Shown here: positions 48,848 to 56,314 of the stretch, piece after piece
How the letters are laid out: the number at the start of each line of letters is the position of its first letter
How positions within the stretch are numbered: the first letter of the stretch is position 1
Assembly: GCA_051942245.1 (NCBI GenBank)
Contig: JAVECL010000091.1
Coordinates: 1-56,314, forward strand
Source of the DNA: Trypethelium eluteriae
Lineage: Eukaryota
Direction of reading: 5' to 3'
DNA length: 56,314 nucleotides
The notes under the pieces: model-generated
Told to the model about the DNA's origin: nothing
The model's input: the letters and a program-made list of their open reading frames with translations, nothing else
Database searches by the model: none
Position numbers and translations under genes: made by a program

Positions 48848-49899
48848 TCACGAAAATTGGATGCCCCCGTCCACAATCATAGTCTGCCCCGTCACATACT
48901 CACTATCCTCGCTCGCCAAAAACCCCACCAACTTCGCCACATCCTCCGGCACGCTCGTCCTCCCCAACGCAATCAAATCATCACTATACTTCCGTATCGT
49001 CTCCCCCCTCTTCGCCCCCTTAATCTCCCCCATCTTCTCATCAATCAGCTCCCACATCGCCGTCCCCACAATCCCGGGCGCATACGCATTCACACGAATC
49101 CCATGTCCCGCGACCTCCATCGCCATCGCCTGCGTCAAGCCCCTCACCGCCCACTTACTCGCACTGTAGTGGCCCAACAGCGCAAACGGGCGGAACGCGA
49201 CGATGCTCGCGGCGCCGATGATCTTGTAGGTGGGCGAGGCGGATGCGCCCTGCGCGATCATCTGCTTCGCGGCGGCGGTGTAGCAGTTGTAGACGCCGAA
49301 GAAGTTGACGTCCATCATGCGCTGCACGTCGGTGTCGGTCAGCGAGAGCAGCGGCTTCACTTGCGCGATGCCCGCGTTCGCGATCATTGTGTTGAGCGGC
49401 CCGAGCGTGGACACGGAGGAGCGCACCATGGAGGTGACGGCGCTGGAGGAGGAGACGTCGCAGAGGTAGGGCATTGCTTTGCGGCCGAGAGATTGGATTT
49501 GAGAGACGACCTGGAGGAGGGGGGAAGGAGAGCATTAGGACTGCGGCTGGGTGGAAGGAGGGATTGGGCAGTGGGATGAATATACCTCGTCGACGCCATC
49601 CTTGTTTGCTTCGATGTCGTTGACGCAGATGTTGTAGCCGTCGTTGGCAAGGCGGAGTGCAATGGCTTTGCCGCTGATTTAATAGGCGTTCGTCAGTTGA
49701 CCGCCTTACTTCAGACATGGTAGACGTACATTCCACGCGAAGCACCCGTGATGATACACGTTCGATCTGGATTCGCAGATGTATTGGCATACGATCTCCT
49801 CCATACCGGCACTTGTACTCCAATTGATGCCGTGCTGGGTGATAAATGCAGCCCAACAGCCGCCCGTAGAAGTCTTGGTCCTCGACAAAGTGAAGCCAT
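48848..49899 (-). CDS. Short-chain dehydrogenase/reductase, acetoin/diacetyl (butanediol) reductase type, ~306 aa, with N-terminal presequence-like extension
   Basis: TGASRGIGKAIALRLA (intron 49674-49729), VND, second intron 49511-49585, NAGIAQV, YSASKWAVRGLTQ, NAYAPGIVGTAMW, YVTGQTMIVDGG. Confidence 0.9.
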
Positions 49900-50417
49900 C
49901 CCGAGTGCTGAAGTGTCAGGTAACTAATCGTGCGACAGTGAGCCAAAGATGTTTGCCAAGAGATGGAACCAAGAAATTCCCCAGAAAGCTACTGAAGACG
50001 ACAGTCTCCCGAGAGATCTCCATCGTATCTTGCATTGTTACTTGTATGCGTAAATAAGTCGATTAGTAGAGCTTAACAAGCCCTACCGCAAGAGCGAAAG
50101 CTTCATTAGACCGATACCCCTCACGAGGCTGGGTTTGCGGGGAAGTGGTGGCCGGTAAGAGATGGAGAAAAGATGGTGGGGAAAGCTTTTTGAAAATATG
50201 GTGGCGCTTAGCTTTTCCCGGAGCTACAATAATTTAATTCTCAACTATTCTACGAAGTACTGCCAAGCCATTACCATTATTACTTGAACCTCTTTTATTT
50301 ACATACGTGCTCCCTTAAAACGGCACCGAGCCAACCTACGGTCTAAATAAGCCCGCAAATCCAATGTTTGCAGACACCCGAAACGAGAGCCCACCTGGAG
50401 ACATTTACACATACATC

Positions 50418-53400
50418 TTACAACAGTAGCGGAGCGCCAACAAGAAGAGATGTGAAGGCAACAATGCAGTTCACCGCCGTCAAGTGAGCTGCCTCGCTTT
50501 TGGTCTGCGCCGCTACTGTCGCTGCACCGCTATAGCTGGCACTTCCTGCAGGGGCTGGAGCAGGAGAGTAGGCAACTGTACTGCTCTGACCCTCCGATCC
50601 GCCAATCACGAGACCGGAATGTCCGGCAGACACGACAGTACCGTCGATTGTGGCCGCCGACCCTCCGAGGGAGAGCGTTTGGCCGCTGATGACCACCGTA
50701 CCGGAAGAGCCCTCCGATGCAGTAACTGGAGCGCCACCAAGAGTAACAACAGCTTGCGAGAGTACTGGCGCCGGGCTATCGGGACCATAAATGGAAGAGA
50801 ATGCTTCAGTAGCGGCTGTCGAGCCCGTGCCTACGATGATGCCAGTACTAGCAGCACTGATGACCTGACCGTTGGAAAGTGTGGTAGGAGCACCGCCCAC
50901 AGTAAGCGTTTTGCCATCCACAGTCACGATACTGCCAGAGGCCTGAGCCTTGAAGGTCTGGCCGCCCGCTGTAATAACGGCGCCGGTCTCGGGTGCAGAG
51001 CTAACCCTTGGAAAGTCCGGGAAGGCTATAGTAGATGCACCAAGGCCGGCACCCACGACGATACCTGAGCTGCCGACACTTATGACTTGGCCATTGGGAA
51101 GTGTAGCGGGAGCGCCACCTGGAGTGAGCGTTTGGCCGTCCATAATAGCAATTCCACCAGAAGATTGAGCTGTAAAGGTCTGTCCACCTGCAGTAATGAT
51201 GGCGCCTGCAGATGCTGCGCTAGGCACGACTGGAAGAGCAGAAAAAGAAGCAAAGGATGCATCTGAGCCAGTGCCCACGATGACACCAGAGCTACCTGCG
51301 CTAATTACTTCGCCGTTCGGAAGAGTAGTGGATCCAACTCCCGGTGTGAGTGTCTGACCGTCAATAATGACAACATTACCAGAAGATTGAGCAGTAAGAG
51401 TCTTGCCTCCCGCGGTAATGATAGCACCAGTACTTGCTGGTACCGCGCTGACAACACCTGGAATGGCAGAAAACGCACCAGAGGCGGCAGTCGCACCAAT
51501 GTTCACAATAAGTCCAGAGCTTCCGGCGCTAAACACATGACCATTCGAGAGTGTCACAGCAGCACCGCCTCGTGTGAGCGTTTGGCCGGCTACGATCAAC
51601 TCACCACTGGAAGAGCCTACCGAAACCAGACCCCCCACGGAGATACTTTCTTCTGCTCCAGCACCTGGTCCCGAGTTTGCTGTTTCACTAGGGCCGGGAC
51701 CTAAGTTCGAGAAAGCAATCACTGAACCTGGTGATTCTAGCGATCCACCACCGACAATAATACCGGAGGGTGCAGCGGAGACGACCTGGCTATTAGGTAG
51801 CGTCGCGGCAGCACCACCTGGCGAGATTGTCTGTTCTCCGATAGCCACTGCACCACTGGATCCTGGCACGGCGACAGCAGTGAAAGATTGCCCTTCCACG
51901 GATACGACTGGCCCAGATTGGGGAGCTCCATTTCCAGCTCCATTTCCGGGATCACCTCGACTTGAATCTGGATTGGGTCCAGTAAAAGGAACATTCACCG
52001 TAATAGGCGCATCTCCATCACTTCCTGGAATAATGACGCCGCCTGTAGCAATTGATATAGGCGTATTACCAATAGTAGCAAGCTGACCAGGCCGGAACGT
52101 GGTACCTCCAACGACAACGCTCCTAGAGCCATCAGAAGTCGCAGAGAGGGGCGCGCCTCCCATGCTCACGACTGATTGTGGACTCGGACCCGTTCCTGGA
52201 GCTACAGCCGAGCTCAAAGGGCTGGAGACTGCGCTGTCCCCCTGGTTGGAACCAGGATTACCTCCAGCAATGATGGAAGGGATGGTTCCACCGGGATTAG
52301 ATCCGCCGTTGCTAAACGCAGGCGCTGGTGCTGGTGACGCTCCGCCTGCGTTATTCCCAGCAGGTTGGCTGCTGCCTCCGCCATTCAGAATTGATGGGAT
52401 ACCTACTCCTACGCCAGAAGTCGACGGTGATCCCGGATCGGGACTTTCGGGCTCGTTCGGTGGAGCGGGTGTGGGACTGTTTCCTGGTCCAGGTGCTTGA
52501 TCATTCGAAGGTGCGGCATTATTTGACACCGCTGGGTCGTTTGAGGGCGCCGGCATGTTTGAGGGCGCGAGATTGTTCGAGGGTGCCGGATCATTTGTAG
52601 GAGATGGATCATTTGAGGTTGCCGGATCATTTGAAGGCACCGGATCATTCGAAGGTGCTGGATCATTCGAAGGTACCGGATTATTTGGACGTACTGGATC
52701 GTTTGTTGGCGATGGATTACTCGAAGGTGGGCTTCCTGTTTTAGGCGAACCAGGCGTGTCAGTAGGAGGTAGAGCTGGCACGAGCCCCGTTGGTGTTGTC
52801 TGAGGCGCAGTCTCTGGGTGGGGCGAAGGAGCCGGTATAGCAGTCGGACCGGCTGGAGTAGGTGCAGCTGCGACGCCAGCCTGGGTCAAGGCATAGGGGG
52901 GATCGTACAACCCGGCAATCTCAAGCGCACATATGCTCCATGCTGGATCCAACGAACGGAGTTGCGGTGGAGCAGCAAGAATTGGACTGATCGCATCTTG
53001 TATAATGGTCGAGCAGGGACCTTCGCCACCCTCTTGCCCATTGATTGCATTTGGGAACTGCCAATCGTTATACCATTGATCTGGAGCAAGGCATCCATCG
53101 CCAGCCAAAAAGTAAGGATATGCCGCCGCTGGAATTGGCGTGTTGAGATCCTCAAAATTGAAAGAATATGCAGCATCAACAAACTCGTAATGAGGGCCGA
53201 ATACGCTATAAATATCGGATGACTTGAGGGTAAGGATTGTCGAAGTATGCTGGGCACCTACAAACCCACACTGGCCAGACGCATAAGCTGTGGACAAGGA
53301 AATGTACGCTTTATTAGCCCAGAACGTCGTGCCGTTAACCAGAGCATAAGGACCTTCATCTGGAGGCAGTGTATCGTTGATTGGGGCGTACAGGCAAGGG

Positions 53401-54568
53401 TCCGGAGTGTATGCGCTGTCTCTGGATGAGAAGGGAGCTGTAGTAGGTCCAAACGGGCAAGTTGTTTTAGTCCGCACTCCGGAGCTACAGATGTTTCTAG
53501 AAGTATTGGCTGTGACAGGAAAATACATAAGTTGTACTTGGCCTCCAGAGATAGTACAGCCCCCGCAACTCGAGCTTGAGTTGTAAGCCGCAGGGTTAGC
53601 GGTATATGAGCAATTAGGCGGCTGTGGTAAGTATGCTGTTGAGTAGCAAGCTGGATACACGGTGATTCTGTCGCCCGCAGTCAATTCCTTTCCGTCAATA
53701 GTGTATGTATAGTTATTCGCCATGTACGTGGTCCCGTTGATTGTTAGGATAGGTGGATTTTGTGACGCCGATGCCGTTATAGTTGAGCTGTCATGACCTG
53801 ACGACACTACCGTAAGAGCAGTCGAAGCCTTATCGAACAATACAGCTGTTTGTGCCATAGCATCCAAGTAGTCTCGGGATCTCCAATGACTGTATGCGTT
53901 GCTGTAAGCGCTCCAAAGGTATGTGCAGTCAGAGGGATTGACACTGCATCTTGGAGGGGGAGAGCTGAATTTTGCAGATGAAGATCGCGTGTACGTTATG
54001 GTGGCAGTTGGAGTGAGATGCCCGCTGACCCTGGGATATCCGTCACACAGAGTAACGATATTCGCTGAATAGTTCGTGCCTATTGTCGTATAGGTGACAT
54101 TCTGCGTTGGACTGAATATCTCAGAAACTGAGGAATACCACTGATATGCTTCAGCACACTGTTGTGCATAGGATGTACCGCTACCGGTAGGCCCAATAGT
54201 TACAAGGGTGGAATTCGGAGTTATCGTCCAGGGTCCTGGGGTTGAAACTGGACATGTGATCGAGCTCGAGAATGAAGAATTCGATCCGGTTGAGCTCAAG
54301 CCTTGAATGATAAAGCTTCCAACTCCTGTCGAAGATTCAACGCTGATTGCTGAGCTAGTGTCCACAGCCAAGTTGGTGCTGGGAGCTAAATTGGAGGGGA
54401 GACTGCTAGAATCTGGGACGAGAACGATAAGCATCCCAGATATTCATATGTGATGAAAAAGGATCAAAGCATACTACTTGACGTTCGACCATTTTGCGGG
54501 ATGCTTTTACCCACGTTGAAGAGGGCGAAAGAAGTCACCATTAACAGCGTCATTTTTGTACATAGCAT
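50418..54568 (-). CDS. Large secreted, probably GPI-anchored cell-surface protein (~1362 aa): Cys-rich N-terminal domain, Pro-rich stalk, 7 beta-rich repeats (paralog P2)
   Basis: Exon 1 signal peptide MLCTKMTLLMVTSFALFNVG, phase-1 intron 54413-54474, then the long ORF; C-terminal hydrophobic tail CIVAFTSLLVGAPLLL; shares motifs with the gene at 9099-13516. Confidence 0.87.
52499..52720 (-). repeat. Coding tandem repeat, 18 bp x ~11-12 degenerate units (PSNDPA-like)
   Basis: ggatcatt(c/t)ga(a/g)gg.(g/a)c. units encode SPTNDP-VRPNNP-VPSNDP-APSNDP-VPSNDP-ATSNDP... in the P2 stalk. Confidence 0.88.
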
Positions 54569-55476
54569 CCTGCATAGGCCTTCAAGTGACGCCAGAAAAT
54601 AAGAACCCAATGATGACGAACAAGAAAACTTAGTCTTCACAATGTTGAAAGCATCCCGCGATTCTATTGAAATAGGGGATTCAGCAAAAGAATTCGAGTT
54701 TAAAGCTAATGAACGACAACAAGAAACAACAGGATTCCGGCTTGTCCAAGTTTCAAAAGAAAACGAAGTGACTGGAGACGCGTTTATTTCCCGATGCATC
54801 TCTTTCCGGTGAGTCGAGGGATGCCAGCGTCAACCTGGAGGATCATTTCTTCTCACGCGCCAGTCCCATCCCGTCAATGTCGCCGCAAATAAAGAATCCA
54901 TCGCCGGCGGCTGACTACCACAGTCATATTACCAGCTGATGGCTGCCTTATTCTCATAGTAAAATACCACCATCGATTTTGTTTGCATCGGAACAGGACC
55001 TATGATGGATTGATGCTTGAATAGATAGGAGCATTATTGGGATAGGAAATGGCAATGGGAATTCACGTTGCGAGGAGAGTAAACATTGAGAAAGAGATGT
55101 AAGAGTGCAAGGAACTGTCTAGGAGAGTATGGGGTAGATGTAGGCTGGAAACTCTACCGGTACACAGGTTGGGTAGGGGAACTTGGACGATCTCCGGTGT
55201 GACTAAGGGCGGAAGATCTTTTCTAGCTCTTTTACGCCAGCTGAGATGGAGCCTACCGGAGACGCGTATCCCCTCCATGTCCGTCGTATGAAGTTAGCAT
55301 ATAGAGTTCCATAGGCAGGTGGATACCGGGGCAGGCATTGGAGGGGACTTGGTGGAGACGTCAATTCTAAATCTCGCGCACGTGACGCCCGGATGGCTAG
55401 CCCGAAGATCTGCGATAACAAATAGCAACGCGGGGCGCGTCGCATCTTAGACTGAGTCAGATGCAGCTTGACCATC

Positions 55477-56314
55477 ATGGCTCGGCCACATTCTGCGGCA
55501 GCGCGCAATCTGACGTTGACTGAGGAACTTGAGAAATTGGAGCAATCGATTACCTTGACTCTCCAAGGTTACTTCCCTGATGCTCTCTATCGAATTCCAC
55601 TGATCCAGCCCAGAAATCGACCATAATTTCAGCAAAGCTCATCGTATCGTTACATCAAGCATCCTACCCATCGTCGAACAGTATGGAGAGCACTCAAAAG
55701 CTGTATGGGAAGGATCAAAGGTAAAGTGGCCATTGTTGACCCCAAGATGCACTACATTTTGTAGTCTATCTCGCCCTTTATTCTGTTCTCTAGCCTACCT
55801 ATATCTCTCTGCCATGTTGCTCTTAGTCCATGTTCCCTAGCAGCACATCGAAGCTGAAGAACAGGACACAGTTCTGGAAAACTTTCTTTGAACAATCCGC
55901 AAATATCACCCTCAACACCTACTCCGAGGATCCCGTCGAAGCAGATACAACCAACGATGAATTAGAACAAAAACTAGCACAAGAAGGGGAATCATACGGG
56001 AGTCTATCATTACACGGTGATGGAACGGTTTCCTCTTCGCGCATCGAGCATCCGTACGGTCCCGACAATCCAGAAACAGACTCCTCCCTGCTCGACTCTC
56101 CCTCAGTCGCCGGTGCTCAGAGCACTCCTCGCGCACCCTCCAACACCAAGCTCATGGACCAAGACGCCGGAGCACCGACATTCGCAGAATACTCCTCGCC
56201 CTACGAGTCTCTCAGATCCCAAGTCGAGCACTCCCCTGAAATCAACCATTCCAAACACCCTCAACCCATCACCCCCGGCAAGAACCGCGTCGCCTTCCCC
56301 GATACATCCATGAC
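55477..56314 (+). CDS. ASK1: DASH/Dam1 kinetochore complex subunit Ask1; 3' end lies outside the window
   Basis: LTEELEKLEQSITLTLQ / intron about 55568-55613 / EIDHNFSKAHRIVTSSILPIVEQY...VWEGSK / intron 55721-55871 / FWKTFFEQSANITL. Confidence 0.92.

Noticed and set aside
48857..49579. Long Arg/His-rich alternative-frame ORFs here and at 18046, 24279, 32999 and 40086
   Set aside because: By-products of the GC-rich, stop-poor skew domains overlapping real genes.
52499..52720. Short direct repeats (also 11266-11362) as a CRISPR-like array
   Set aside because: No unique spacers; in-frame coding minisatellites in a eukaryotic gene.
1..56314. Secondary-metabolite cluster, transposon, RIP-degraded AT-rich block, tRNA or rRNA genes
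   Set aside because: No PKS/NRPS/terpene synthase, transposase/RT motifs, terminal repeats, extended AT-rich tract or tRNA/rRNA signatures seen by eye; a covariance-model scan could still find small ncRNAs.

Overview
Eukaryotic, intron-containing DNA from a filamentous ascomycete (Pezizomycotina; GT-AG introns mostly 45-95 nt with CTRAC-type branch points). I reconstructed 18 protein-coding genes by hand-splicing. Housekeeping genes: RSC8/SWI3, ETF-alpha, TOK1 K+ channel, FAM214/DUF4210, FYV7, eEF3, a THTA-like DDB1/MMS1 beta-propeller, an acetoin-reductase-type SDR and ASK1. Cell-surface/accessory genes: GT90, GT71, GH5, a subtilisin, a small GPI protein, two paralogous ~1350-aa Cys-domain + beta-repeat GPI proteins, and a head-to-head pair of a CorA-like membrane protein and a PNP-NACHT-ankyrin NLR. 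I saw no rRNA, tRNA, CRISPR array or recognisable transposon. Three signals stand out. (1) Symmetric ~0.8-1 kb domains, C/A-rich then CpG-rich then G/T-rich, recur every ~6-9 kb from 18 kb onward and sit at convergent gene junctions regardless of gene strand. (2) The divergent CorA-like/NLR pair is a candidate fungal immune module. (3) The two paralogs define an adhesin-like family I cannot name. All composition statements are by eye, and all family calls are from motif recognition without database searches.
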